In this document: in pieces, positions 11,030 through 23,272 of the stretch
How positions within the stretch are numbered: position 1 is the first letter of the stretch
Layout of the letters: every line of letters begins with the position of its first letter
Assembly: GCA_002269645.1 (NCBI GenBank)
Contig: NIVC01000543.1
Coordinates: forward strand, 186,001-250,000
Length of the DNA stretch: 64,000 nt
Origin: Macrostomum lignano
Lineage: Eukaryota
Reading direction: 5' to 3'
The notes under the pieces: model-generated
The model's database searches: none
Told to the model about the DNA's origin: nothing
Seen by the model: only the letters and a program-made list of their open reading frames with translations
Position numbers and translations under genes: made by a program

Positions 11030-13800
11030 CTGGCCCAGCAGAAATTGAGCTGCAATGAGCAAAATGAAGTCTAGTTGAAATGTATGACAGTAACTGAGCA
11101 AAAAGATTATTTACCATTTTCTGTAAATAAAAATGAAGACTTAATTTCTTTCTGCAACAAATTCAGGAGAGTTAGATCTAATTACAAATTTACATGCATG
11201 TCTGAAAAACAGCTGAGCCTAGCCTAGTTGAAAACTAAAAGGTAAGGCCCAAAGCCTGCAAGTCAGAGAAAAGTATCAGAATAATGCTGAAGCCCCAGCA
11301 GAGTCTCCCATAGGGCAAGCTGAATAGCAAGTTGGCAAGCAAGAGTCTGGTTCCCTTATGTGTGGGCATATTACTTTAATCGTTTTAAAGCTCTCAAAAA
11401 TACAATTTTAAGAGCTTTATATATATATATGTTGTTAATAATTACTATGGTAAAGTTCAACTATTTATACAAAATAATTAAATAGAGCTAAAGCATGCAT
11501 ACTTGTAACATGTTAACATACTTAACTACAATATCACTAAGTACTATTTTAAGTATTTTGAAAGCAAGCAACTAGCTATTCAGCTTAATTCAGAATAGTT
11601 TCTAGGAAACTACTAGAAATAAATATAATTATTTAAAAATGCACAAAACAGTAAAATGTAGTCAGATTTTAATTATATTTCAAGTAAAGCTTACATTGCA
11701 AAAAACTTTCTAGTCCTAGGTATTTAGCATTTTCAATAGAAAAGTATATTATACATACATAGATAAAATTCAAAAGAAATATTTACCAGATCAATTTGAT
11801 CATCTAAAACATATTTTGATACTGAAAATTTTTATAAATTTTAGCTCATAGAAGTTGTTGCTCATAAGTGCATTGTTGTATACAATATGTAAAACAGGTA
11901 AGAAAAGTAAAGTCATATAAAATTTAATATACTATAATTACTTTTAAGATGTGAAATATAAATGTTGAATTTAAGTCTTTCAATGCCAATATCCTAATAG
12001 ATATATTATATAAATATACACAATGTTGATATTTTAAACTTTATTTAGCTAATGCAATATAGCTTTCAAAAATCATTTCTATGAGTTTATCCTTTTTCTA
12101 TTTTATTATATTTCACTTTTGTTTGTAGTGCCTTGTGATTTTTTATGCTTGTTTGATTGATTTTTTAACATAGCTCTATCATATAGCTAGATTGGCTAAG
12201 TGAGCTAAGTGGGCCAGGCCTTCTTGAATTTTAGGTATATAAAATGCTTTCAATTTTCTGATTTTTCTAGACCTTTTGCTAGATACTCAGAAGGTATCCA
12301 AAATGACAGAGCCTAATAAAATAAAAAACTGCAAAAAATACCCTTATTGATAATGCTAAAACCCCTAACCCTAAAACTTACCCTAAAAGCAAAAACCCCT
12401 TATTTCCCATGCCTTAGTTGCTAGTCATTGAACTTTTGATTTGTTACTATCCTCTTGATCTAAGAATTTATTTACTTAATCTTTAATAGACCCCTATGTC
12501 TATTTATATTTAGTTATATATAAAATCAATTGCTCCATATAGAATCTCTCTATCCTAAAACTCCCCATTCTTTATGCCCCAGTGGTTGGCTTTAAGCCAT
12601 AGTCAGGATCATGGCACTATGTGTGTGCCAGAAGCCATCCCAAATATTTTTTCGTATGCGCCAGGTATACCAGGCAAAATGCACAAGTGCGCCAGGTGTG
12701 CCAGTCCTAAATCCTAATCCTAATGTAAAAAATGCACGATATACACAAAATCACAATATATTATAAGTTGTAATGTTTCGTGTAATTGCAAGTAAAGATT
12801 ATAAATTGAAGATTTGAAAATTTATGTTTTAAAATGAAAAAAAGAATAAAAAGGAAAGAACATGATTTAGAGAATATTTTAAATGAAGCAATGGTTGTCA
12901 ATTATGACTAATAATATATTTTCAAAATCATTGTTAAACTTTGTGCAAAATTTTATGCTTCATGCACTTTATGTTCTTTGATTTTGTCTTTTGCAATGGC
13001 TATGGCGTAGTCTCTTCTAGTGTGCACCATGCATGTGCGCCATGCAAGGTTCGCCAATTGTATATATGCCAAGGTATACTCCAGAAGACCCTTTCAAAAA
13101 CTTTGTGCGCCAAGTGTATGCCAGCTGTCCCAAATGTGCGCCAGAAATTTCTAGCATACATGACATGATCCTGAGTGTGGGCTTTAAGTTATATTTAGAT
13201 ATAATTAGATTGAAGCTATCTAAAAATAAAGCTTAAATTATAATCAACATAATAAAAACCCTTAGGCCTAATACTTGAGAATAGAGATAAAATTATGATG
13301 ATATCAAATCTAAAACTAATGTATCTACTTAAAATTTAAGAAGACTACCAAATATTGAATATATATTTAAAGGCATTGAAAAGCATCTATCCTAACAGTG
13401 GTAGATTTAAGGAGGAGGCGCACAGGGTATATACCTCCTTTGTTGAGTTAGAGTTTTTTATTTTTTATATGGAAAATACACATTGTGTATGTAAATATGT
13501 ATATGATACATGTACATGATACATATATGTATATGTACATGTAACTTAATAATCTATACTAATCTATGAGTAATTCAAAATTTTCTGGATTCATACCTAT
13601 ACCCCAATCTTGTGGTACTGAGCCATTTCTTTCCAATTGCAACTGCAAGTTATGCAACTGGCATCCCACATGGCTATGGAGAGTTTAATGTTTAAATGTT
13701 TAATTATTTTATTTCACACTATATAGTTAGTTAGTTCCAATACTAATAGTTCTACAGCAGTTAAGCAGAAACTAGAGAGACTAGAGAAACTAGAGAGCTA
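11030..13800. other. AT-rich, strongly CpG-depleted block 5' of the Smaug start codon (probable 5' UTR intron)
   Basis: By eye only one CG (11381) between about 11030 and 12650 and few up to about 13800; CpGs return abruptly from about 13808. Confidence 0.8.
12590..13197. mobile_element. Degraded MITE-like element with imperfect terminal inverted repeats
   Basis: ttaagccatagtcaggatcatggca at the left end versus tgacatgatcctgagtgtgggctttaa at the right end; tgcgcca motifs cluster near both ends. Confidence 0.4.
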
Positions 13801-14639
13801 GTTTCTGCGATAATTTTCCGATACTGCGTCTGCGTCTGCGATACTTTTCCAGAAGAATAGCTGTGAGAGAGAAGACAAGTTCAAGTATGGAGCAAGCATC
13901 AATTAATATAAGGTAAATCTTTATTGAAAAGGGATCAAAAAGTCACTAAAACAGGAGCTAGTATAGGTCAAAAAGCCATGTAAATATACACAAAGCCATT
14001 TTTCAAAGATTATTTACATTGTTTTAACTATTAAGCACTTACAATTTTGATACAAAAATTATGTAAATAATTTCCGAGGTCATGATAAATGAGCGACTTA
14101 AGATTTCCAAGAAAGTCTCTTTGAACGAAAAATCGCGATATCTATCAGATAAGTAAAACACCAAATTATAAGCAATAGGGCTTTTCACATTTTTTCCTGT
14201 AAAATTTACGCCAAAACAAAATAATTCTAATTCCAAAATCATAATAGTAAAGTACAAAGATTTGTATATTCTATGCATCTCCTCATTCTATAAAACTTTT
14301 TCAGGACTCAGTCCCTGCATACGAGGGACGTATGTTAATTAATTAAAGTCCGAATTTATATATATTTTGTACTGAAAATACTGTCAAAAATCAGAATCAA
14401 AACATAATTCGGAGACGATTCGGAAAGCGGAGCAAACAAAATTATTGAGAATTGCCGAAGCAATTAATTTTGGTTAGGCGCCAGGTTGAACTCATGCATA
14501 TTTGATCAAGATGACTCAAGCGGTACTTAAAGCAGACTACAGATAACGGTACTGTAGTCTGTGGCACGACACACCGCGCTGAATGCGTGCCAAGGACCAA
14601 GCCTCATCTAGACAGTGGGAGCCAGTCTGCACGCACAGC

Positions 14640-14760
14640 AGCTCCTTGAGATGCTGGAAGCCCCCTAGCCTTCCTTGAGATTTCGGAAGCCCCCCTGAGC
14701 CTTCTTTGAGATGCTGGAAGCCCTCCTGAGCTTAATTCCTTGAGATGCTGGAAGGAGCTG
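14640..14760. repeat. Short imperfect tandem repeat
   Basis: About four copies of ccttgagatgctggaagcccc. Confidence 0.8.
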
Positions 14761-15265
14761 GGACTTATCTGATCTGTTCAGTTGCAGGGAGGACACAAGG
14801 AGCCCGTTTCTAATGAATTCGGACGGCTCTACTGTCTAGCGAATTTTTGCGAATAAAAAGAAGAAATAATATCGCGGCTTATTGAATTCAACAAGCAGCA
14901 TATTCATATGCATGCAAATTTTTCTCTGATTATTTATTTGTTAATTTATTTTAGATAACGCTCAGGACTGAATCAATAGAACCGGAAGATGCAGTGTTCG
15001 CTTTTTTAAATAACCCAGTCATAAAAACGCCAGATCATTCACACAAGTAAAAAATTACAAGCCTGCAACTGCAACACTCCAAAGAGAACATAATACAGTG
15101 AAATTGCTAGCGTAAATGATCAGCTGTTAAAAGATCCGTGTCAGTTTAAATATAGTGAACAAATTAATAAATAAAAGCTACTTGTGCGCGGCAGAGCCTA
15201 CATGTAACTCAGAGGAATCACAGAATCTGAACTGAAACAGTTTGAAGAAATCTGATTGCTGTCGG

Positions 15266-17692
15266 TCACAACAGCTGCATACGGGACCGCCGCCCTATCT
15301 CTATTGTCTCATGATCGGAGCAGAGAAATGTGGTAATCAAGCAGTCCTGGCAGAGTCGCACTACGCGCCTACAGCAGAGAAGCTCAGTCTGGCTCTGCGT
15401 GAGCGCAACCTCCCAGCCAGCAGCGGAGGTGCCGAAAGTGTTCCACAAGCCCTGCCCGTTGGCAGCCAGCATCCGGCTGAACAGGCGATTCAATAGCGAC
15501 GTGTGAGAGCCGGCAGCTGACCGCTGAACGGCAGTGGCAACGGTTTGCTTGACGATGCCCAGAATCTGCTGGCGCTTAGCTGAGTCCAACTTCGCCAGCC
15601 AGAAAGCAGCTAGCTTCGGCCGGTAGAACTTCCAGTTCTGCCGAATCTGCTGCAGTAATTCAGCAGCCTCTGCTGGTGACTTTCCAGGAAATCGGATGCT
15701 GACCTCGGTTATTTGCTTCAAAAGTTGCCGGGCTGTTTCATCTGAGGAGGTAGCAGCAGATTTCTGCTCTGGCTGCGGCTCTAGCAAAGCCGTAAGTTGC
15801 TGCTGGGAATCATTGCTTCGCCTCGGATCGGATCTGGCGGTAGACTGGCCTTTGCTTTGACTCGAAAAACGCACACTCGGGAAACGGGAAGTAGAAGGGC
15901 GAGACTGAAAGCTTCTCGGACCAAAAGTTGGCACCGTCCGCGAGGTAGGAGGTCGCCTAAGTTGTCGATTCAGGGGTTTCGTCTCACTGGTGTCCTTGTC
16001 GCAACTGGTAGAAAAGATAGAGTCTTCCGACTCGGACTCAGAACTGGCACTCAGATCGTCAACCGGAGCTCCATTCAGCTCGGCTAGCATTTCTGCAAGT
16101 TCGTCAACACCCGGACTAGCTGAGTTATATCTACTTTCCAGTTCTTTAAGCAGAGTCGGAGCTCGGCCCTCCATTGCCGAGACAAACAACTGCATCAATA
16201 GTCGAGTGTAGCTCTCTTGTCGCATACGGTCATCACAAGGAAAAACGCGGCGGAATCGATGGCAGGTCCGCGACTCGCGGTCTTCTGCCTGAGCCTCCCT
16301 GCGAAGTCGCTGCAGTTGAGCACTCAAGTCTGCTCGACGCCTCATAAGCTGGCGTCGATGAGCTGACTCTGCTGTCGCGGCGCTACCGCACTGCAGCAAT
16401 CTCCTCTGGGCCTCCGCCTTTTGAACAGCTTGGTTGCGCCGCCGGTCTGATAGCCGGATGTTCAATAAGCTCAGCGCCTCCTCCAACATTCCTAGCTTTA
16501 CTTTCCTGTCGATCGGCTCATCAATGCCAAAACTGGGCGATCGATTGACTTCCAACAACCAGGGCTTCAGCTTGTGATCCAGCATGATGTCAAAGCCGAG
16601 AATTTCGAAGCAGACGGACCTGGCTCCGGGAGGTGCACCAGGTCGGCACAGACGGTACTGCAGTAGCACCTGAGGGTACGCCACGAGCACTGTTTTGATG
16701 ATAAGGTCAATGATGCTTCGCCACAGCTTCGCCACATCATGGTCCCGTTGCTGCAAGTATTCATTAAGAAATCGGATGGATCTTTTACTTCCTGTGCTAT
16801 CGTCTGCGCCTTTCTCGTATTGGCCGCTGCGCTTGTTGATCGAATAGTTAGTCAGGTGCATGCACGGCCGGTCAGTTGCAGTCCCGCGAGGATCCTCATA
16901 CTTTTCTGTGCTGAGTCGCAAGAGGCCGTCATTGTAAAAGAATATACGCAGTGGATCGCACGAAGTCACCAGGACGTAGATGCGAAGGTCACATTTAAAG
17001 CCATCTACTAGGAAGGGCTTGTCTAAATAGCGCTGAACTATGGAACTGCTTTCGGGAGTGACTGGTACCTGCTCACCACTCCTGAAGACACGAATACCGT
17101 GGCCCATGGCTCCGTTCGCCGGCTTGCTGATAAACACTGGCCGCTTCCCAGCCCGCTTGGAGTCTCTGAGGAACTGCTGGAACTGAGCACTCTCCTGTGG
17201 CAGACACCAAGTCTGCGGCACAAAGTTGAACTCCAGCGGTTGCAGCCGCGCAGCCCGAGCCATATTTCGGCCTAAACTGTCTTTTCGACTGATCTCCCCC
17301 ATGCCTGGGAAGTGGTTCACCCGCTGGTGTCCCTTCAGCTCCGAGATGCGGTCCACAGGCACAGGTGCGTCGCTCCACACCAGCATTGCTGAAGAGAAGT
17401 CGTCATCATGGCAGCGCACAAACCCGGCTCGCTCAGCCGCCAGTTGCACTGCAGCGAACTTGCAGGCACTCAGGTTCATAGAAATTCTCTTTCTCCGCCG
17501 CTGGTGACTGCTGCCAACACTGGATTTGCCATCGCCACCGACACTGCTACAGTCTTCATCAGTTGCAGCAGGAGTCGATGTAGTCCGATGAGGCTTGGCC
17601 AGCGATACCTGCGATGAAGATGGGGACAAGGGCAGCCGGCGGATTGGTGGTCGGGCCGTTGCACTGCAGGTTTGAGGCCGAGTTGGCAGCAT
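15266..17692 (-). CDS. TTLL7: Tubulin polyglutamylase TTLL7-like, single coding exon, 808 aa from the first ATG
   Basis: QRVNHFPGMGEISRKD, KPANGAMGHGI, DLRIYVLVTSCDPLRIF, MHLTNYSINK, FEILGFDI and WLLEVNRSPSF; KPANGAMGHGI is characteristic of TTLL7. The ORF track starts at a TTG (17707); the first ATG is at 17692. Confidence 0.93.
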   Translation of the reverse strand: MLPTRPQTCSATARPPIRRLPLSPSSSQVSLAKPHRTTSTPAATDEDCSSVGGDGKSSVGSSHQRRRKRISMNLSACKFAAVQLAAERAGFVRCHDDDFSSAMLVWSDAPVPVDRISELKGHQRVNHFPGMGEISRKDSLGRNMARAARLQPLEFNFVPQTWCLPQESAQFQQFLRDSKRAGKRPVFISKPANGAMGHGIRVFRSGEQVPVTPESSSIVQRYLDKPFLVDGFKCDLRIYVLVTSCDPLRIFFYNDGLLRLSTEKYEDPRGTATDRPCMHLTNYSINKRSGQYEKGADDSTGSKRSIRFLNEYLQQRDHDVAKLWRSIIDLIIKTVLVAYPQVLLQYRLCRPGAPPGARSVCFEILGFDIMLDHKLKPWLLEVNRSPSFGIDEPIDRKVKLGMLEEALSLLNIRLSDRRRNQAVQKAEAQRRLLQCGSAATAESAHRRQLMRRRADLSAQLQRLRREAQAEDRESRTCHRFRRVFPCDDRMRQESYTRLLMQLFVSAMEGRAPTLLKELESRYNSASPGVDELAEMLAELNGAPVDDLSASSESESEDSIFSTSCDKDTSETKPLNRQLRRPPTSRTVPTFGPRSFQSRPSTSRFPSVRFSSQSKGQSTARSDPRRSNDSQQQLTALLEPQPEQKSAATSSDETARQLLKQITEVSIRFPGKSPAEAAELLQQIRQNWKFYRPKLAAFWLAKLDSAKRQQILGIVKQTVATAVQRSAAGSHTSLLNRLFSRMLAANGQGLWNTFGTSAAGWEVALTQSQTELLCCRRVVRLCQDCLITTFLCSDHETIEIGRRSRMQLL

Positions 17693-19065
17693 TGAAAAGT
17701 GAGTCAACGCTTAGCCCTGCATTAGCGGGGCATTAATTTTAATTATTCCGCTTCTACACAGGTCAGCTTGACTCGCCAGTGTTTGCCTGTTTCTGCCGGC
17801 CCTTGCACCAGAAACACCAGATTCTCAGTCTCGCTCACTAAGCCAGCAGACTGTACTGTCTCTCTCAATTGCTGTCCACTTTCTCTGTTTTGACGGGATT
17901 GGTAGACGACCCATGCTTTAGTTTTTGGAGTTTCTCTCTCGCATCGCGCATTCTGCCTCCATATCTCTTACCTCTACCTCTCTCACCTTAGCAACCAGAC
18001 CGCAATGCGTGGTTCTGCTCCGGACTCCGCCCCTCCTCATGCAGCGACCAATTCAGACCGCCCGCTCCCTCCGCACTCTCTCTCTCTCTGAGTTCTTTCC
18101 TCTGCCCCTCAACTACACAATCTCTGAGTACAACAAATTGCCTCATTCAATAGAGACTGCTTCACCTCATTATCAGCCTAGCTATCGCCCTCCCATTCTC
18201 GCTCAATGACAGAGGCCGCTACACATTCAAAGAATAGTGGTGTGAAGATCACAAAGCTGAACGGTCAGACTTTGCAAGACCATGATGCTTCTAGCTGTCT
18301 CGGATCATTCTCAGGCTAGGAAGGAATCTAGTTAGCAAAGCCAGAGCTCTGGCATTTACCTACATTGAAGCCAATAGAAAATGAGCATTTTTCAACCCCT
18401 TCCAGAAAAAAAATTCGCAATTGCCGGCCAGATCTAGCACAGAACTGCGCGGGGTTTTGCGTAGGACCTAGACTGTAGGCCGATTTGCGTGGGCTAACGT
18501 CACTCTCGTGAAAATTACAAGCCTATGTATGCTACTCATTGCAACTATTTTGCTAGTAGTACAAGAAAAATGAAAAAGGTGCCGAAGACCTGTCCCCAAT
18601 GAGGCACGAAAATTCGCCGTAAATCACATCATAAGTCTACCTTTCGCTTGACGCTCCGAAGCCCCGAAGCTCAAGTGCATATAGACTTTGATTTGGACAG
18701 AAAAATTAGTGTGGCTTAAAGAATTTTTAAATGAACTGGTTGCTGAATTTAAACCAAAAACGCCGATACTGACACAAGTCCTTGTTGTTTCTATACTTTG
18801 TTTCGTATTTATCTTTCTTATTCCATCAGGTTTATTTAATCGCTGCAAAAGCAATCCCGCGGTTAAAAAATAATAATTGCTTACAAAAAGCTCTCGCTGT
18901 TTTGTTGCATTAGCTGAGAAAACTGTTTCGTGGTTCAGAGACGTATTTTCAAATAAAAGCTAACTATGACTGATCTGAGAAATAAAGCAGTTCAGAAAGT
19001 GGGCTGGGTCAGTCAGAGACTATCATTGCTAACAGTCGAAGCGAAGCAGTCGTTACTTGATCAAC

Positions 19066-20201
19066 TCAGACGCCCAGAGCATTGGTCGGAGTGACCAGAC
19101 GGCAAGCCAGGGCCACCACAGCCACTGCAGCAAAGGCGATTGACAGCGCGGATGGCGTGGCTGTCTGATCTGCCGTGGAGGACGCCGATTCTTTCTCTTT
19201 ACTTGATGGGGTGAACGAGTCCAGAGACGGCGGGGGTGGCGGAGGCGACGGCGGCAATTCAATCTTTACCGGCGGCAGAGGCGGGCTGTTGGAGTTGTCT
19301 TTAAGGTTGCAGAGATCGGTGTCACATGTTTTGCAGTTCTTCCAGTTCAGTTTGTCACAGTGTAGTTGGCACCCGACCAGGAAGTGCTAAAGTAAAGTGT
19401 GCGGAGTTCTGCAGTAAAATACTGGATGAATATCGTGAAATCACTTGAAAAATTTGAAAGGAGAAAATAAACGAGGGGAATTTATCCTGATATCTGATTT
19501 ATTGCTACTGGGGAAGTACAATTTTCAAAAAAAGTACTCTTCGAAGCCCCAACTCATTTCTATGATCCCCTTTCTAAGAATCATACTCAGTCTCACCTCT
19601 GCATCTTTCGGGTTGGGGCTGGAGATGCATGGCATATCTTTCGGGCACAAGACAGGCACAGGAAGCGGGCCGATATTAGTATCCAGGGAGTTGTAGCATA
19701 GCAGATACTTCGTAACGTTTGACTTGAGCTCGTTGCCATACTCGACGTTGCAGTGGTCCTTAAAGCACTCGCGGCACTGAACGCTGTTTTTATCGAATTT
19801 TCCGCACTTGCCACAGCCGAAGTACATCTCCTACGAGTATAAGCATAATTATGGTGATTCAGCTGTAGTCTTTTAAATTTTGAATCTGAAATTAATTCAT
19901 GCAGCGCGACTCACGAAAAATCCTGGATTTGTTTCCCAATTTATCCGGCGCTTCTCAACGCAAGCGTTTCCAACTGCCTGGCATGTGTGGGCCTCTGCAG
20001 GAAAGTCAACACCGATAGTCGAGTGGTTGCCTGTGAAGCACGTGAGGGCTCCAGCAGTCTGAGTCACGGCTGTGGGTTGGCAAATTTATTGGCAAACTTA
20101 TATAGATTTCACTTCAAATATTGCAATAGAAATCGAGTTCGTATCTGCATCATTTACTCACCAAGCAGAACTCCAAGCAGCAGATACAGAAGCGTCAACA
20201 T
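19066..20201 (-). CDS. Predicted GPI-anchored surface protein with two Cys-rich Ly6/uPAR (three-finger)-like modules, 249 aa; exons 20201-20162, 20069-19915, 19830-19597, 19386-19066
   Basis: Hand-spliced with GTGAGT, GTGAGT and GTGAGA donors and AG acceptors in matching phases (750 nt). Signal peptide MLTLLYLLLGVLLA; modules end CRECFKDHCN and CKTCDTDLCN; Pro/Ser stalk; hydrophobic C-terminal tail. Confidence 0.85.
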
Positions 20202-20724
20202 CTTCAAAGGCGAGTGAAATAGGAGACCGAGTGATCAAAGCCACACTAAAGCAGAGAATGAGATTTGAGTTCTCTGAGCTTCAGTAATTGAAAGTCCTTA
20301 TGCTTTGCTTTTACCACCTACTCTTAGGAGGCGAGATAACTGAATTTTTCGCGTGGGAAATCGGTAGGATTGGCCATAGACATGCTGCTCAGGCTTTCGT
20401 TTTTCTGTTTTGCGCGAGAGATACCTCTACGATCGATAGCAAGGAAAATGTTTTCTAGGGCACTGAGAATGCAATCATGCGCGAGACTATCTATTACTGA
20501 GAGAGACACGCATTTGCAGAGGCACCCACGGACCGTTGGCGCTACTGGCATAAGCCATGCATGGTGCCTTTGCAATACTTTTCTGTGTGTTAAAACCGGG
20601 CATCTGCATGGTCTAGAAGTGGCTGCAATAGACAGTGGGATGCAATTCAAACCGGTCATTTTTATTTCTTCCACATTTTAAAAATGGCTTTACAAAATAC
20701 AGATGATAAAAGTACAAGGCAAGT

Positions 20725-20971
20725 ACTGGCGGATCCAGGGGTTCAAGAGGGTCGGCTGAGTCAAGAGAGGGAAAGACAGAGTCACAGGGCGCGTTTCAGA
20801 GCCTGGGCGCGGATGTAGGCGGCACTGCCTGTCCACTCCAGTAGGGTGCCTGCAGCGTCAGCAGCGTCAGTGTCAGCATGTACTGGCTGGAGTCTCCCAG
20901 GAGTTAAGCTCTGGGGAGCCCCTTGGGGAAGCCCCTTCCAGGGAGCCCTTGACCTCGCTGGATCTGCCAGT
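20725..20971. mobile_element. Short non-autonomous TIR element (MITE), about 250 bp
   Basis: actggcggatccag at the left end, ctggatctgccagt at the right end (one mismatch); no clear TSD. Confidence 0.5.
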
Positions 20972-21789
20972 GAGTTCAAGCTCCCAGCTTGAAATACTTT
21001 AAAACAATATAACTGCGAAAAGGCAAACGAATTTTTTTCCATTTCCACGGGTGTCGTGTCATGACGTAATTTTCTCGGGCGGGGGTCACTAGACTGGCTG
21101 GCAACGTCTTTCGTTGTGTTGCCGTTGCAACATGGGTGACCGAAATGTAATCAGCAAACCAAAGTGAAACAGTTTTAACTTAGCGGCAGATGCAAAATAA
21201 CTCTGATACTCGTATGCCTTTGCCACTGAGGCCACTTACATTTTTTAAAAGTTTTCTACTTACAGTTCATTCAATAAACTTAAAGAAGATACAAGAGCAG
21301 CATTGGCACGAAACAGGAAGCGCGGAAGCAACCCAAAACCGAAAAAGAAAAAACGCGGAAAATGAACGACACACGCACGGGTAGCAGGTGGGCTGGTCTT
21401 TTCCAATTCGTGAAAAGGATTCACCGATGCTGATGCATCTAACAGCAGTCTGGTGTTCACCAAGTACATGTAAAGTCGGCTGAACGGATCACTCGCGAAG
21501 TGTCACTTAATGCCTGACAGCTGGTAGCAGTCCGGGTGAATGCGCACGCTATGCCACAGGCCTGGCTGAGGTCAATTTGGTTCATGAACCAGTTGCGCTT
21601 CAGGCGCCGCGTCAAGTCATGGACGCTTTAAAATCTGCCTTCTTATAGGTGCTCTTGCGAAGAGCGGATTCAAAATTGCTAACTTCAGAGGTTGACTAGA
21701 AATCTAGTGCTCCAACTTCGGGGCGCCCAAAAAGCAAGGGACGAAAGCAGCAAAAAATTATTTATGTGAATACTATTTGCCTTGACATT

Positions 21790-21935
21790 TTAGCCATTCC
21801 CCCGTAAGCCTCGACATCTCAGCGACTCCCCCGTGAGCCTTGACATCTCAGGAATTCCTCTAGTAAGCCTTTACAGCTTAGCAATTCCCCCAGTAAGTCT
21901 TGACATCTCAGCAATTCCCCTAGTAAGCACCCCCC
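21790..21935. repeat. About 30-nt degenerate tandem repeat; an inverted relative lies at about 48345-48430
   Basis: cttgacatctcagcaattccccc(g/a)gtaag units. Confidence 0.8.
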
Positions 21936-21939
21936 AAAT

Positions 21940-22335
21940 AGCAAGCATCCCCCCTCGATAGCAAGCATCCCCCAGATAGCAAGCATCCGCCAGATTGAAA
22001 GCATCCCCCAGATAGCAAGCATCCGCCAGATAGAAAGCATCCCCCAGATAGCAGGCATCCCCCAGATAGAAAGCATCCCCCAGATAGCAAGCATCCGCCA
22101 GATAGAAAGCATCCCCCAGATAGCAGGCATCCCCCAGATAGAAAGCATCCCCCAGATAGCAAGCATCCCCCCCCCGATAGCAAGCATCCCCAGATAGCAG
22201 GCATCCCCCAGATAGCAAGCAGCTAGTGCAACAGTTTTCTCAGCTAGTGCAACAGTTTTCTCAGCTAGTGCAACAGTTTTCTCAGCTAGTGCAACAGTTT
22301 CTCAGCTAGTGCTAATTCCTTTCTCAGCTAGTGCT
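21940..22335. repeat. Adjacent minisatellites: 18-nt unit (21940-22220) followed by 21-nt unit (22220-22335)
   Basis: cccccagatagcaagcat repeated about 15 times, then cagctagtgcaacagttttct about 5 times. Confidence 0.93.
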
Positions 22336-22344
22336 TTAGAGGCT

Positions 22345-22485
22345 GATTGAGCTGGCTTGTTGACGATGAAGAATCCATGGCGCAGGCCAACACGGAGAAA
22401 CTCCGCATTCGGATCGTCCGCTAGCACAGGCTCCCAGGCTGATGACGAAAGCGACCAGATCGAGGCCAGCGGCTGGATTGGTGAC
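22345..22485 (-). mobile_element. Small relic resembling the pre-RT region of a DIRS/Ngaro tyrosine-recombinase retrotransposon
   Basis: Minus-strand translation SAWEPVLADDPNAEFLRVGLRHGFFIV fits the W..L..DP...FL..G...GF.I pattern that precedes DIRS-type RT domains; only about 45 aa. Confidence 0.45.
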
Positions 22486-22496
22486 TGAGATGTCGG

Positions 22497-23272
22497 CTGA
22501 GACTGAGACTGTCCGAGTGAGGCTGAGACTGAGACTGTCCGAGTGAGGCTGAGACTGAGACTGTCCGAGTGAGGCTGAGACTGAGACTGTCCGAGTGAGG
22601 CTGAGACTGAGACTGTCCGAGTGAGGCTGAGATTGAGACTGTCCGAGTGAGGCTGAGACTGAGACTGTCCGAGTGAGGCTGAGACTGTTCTCTGCTATGA
22701 GATTGAGTGAGGCTGAGACTGTCTCTGCTATGAGATTGAGTGAGGCTGAGACTGTTCTCTGCTATGAGATTGAGTGAGGCTGAGACTGTTCTCTGCTATG
22801 AGAATGAGTGAGGCTGAGACTGTTCTCTGCTATGAGAATGAGTGAGGCTGAGACTGTTCTCTGCTATGAGAATGAGTGAGGCTGAGACTGTTCTCTGCTA
22901 TGAGATTGAGTGAGGCTGAGACTGTTCTCTGCTATGAGATTGAGTGAGGCTGAGACTGTTCTCTGCTATGAGATTGAGTGAGGCTGAGACTGTTCTCTGC
23001 TATGAGATTGAGTGAGGCTGAGACTGTTCTCTGCTATGAGATTGAGTGAGGCTGAGACTGTTCTCTGCTATGAGATTGAGTGAGGCTGAGACTGTTCTCT
23101 GCTATGAGATTGAGTGAGGCTGAGACTGTTCTCTGCTATGAGATTGAGTGAGGCTGAGACTGTTCTCTGCTATGAGATTGAGTGAGGCTGAGACTGTTCT
23201 CTGCTATGAGATTGAGTGAGGCTGAGACTGTTCTCTGCTATGAGATTGAGTGAGGCTGAGACTGTTCTCTGC
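22497..23272. repeat. Compound minisatellite: 26-nt unit switching to a related 34-nt unit
   Basis: gagtgaggctgagactgagactgtcc (about 7 copies), then gagtgaggctgagactgttctctgctatgagatt (about 17 copies). Confidence 0.96.

Noticed and set aside
12355-12395. Telomere-like ccctaa motifs (also tagggttaggg near 27112)
   Set aside because: Only 2-3 imperfect units, expected by chance.
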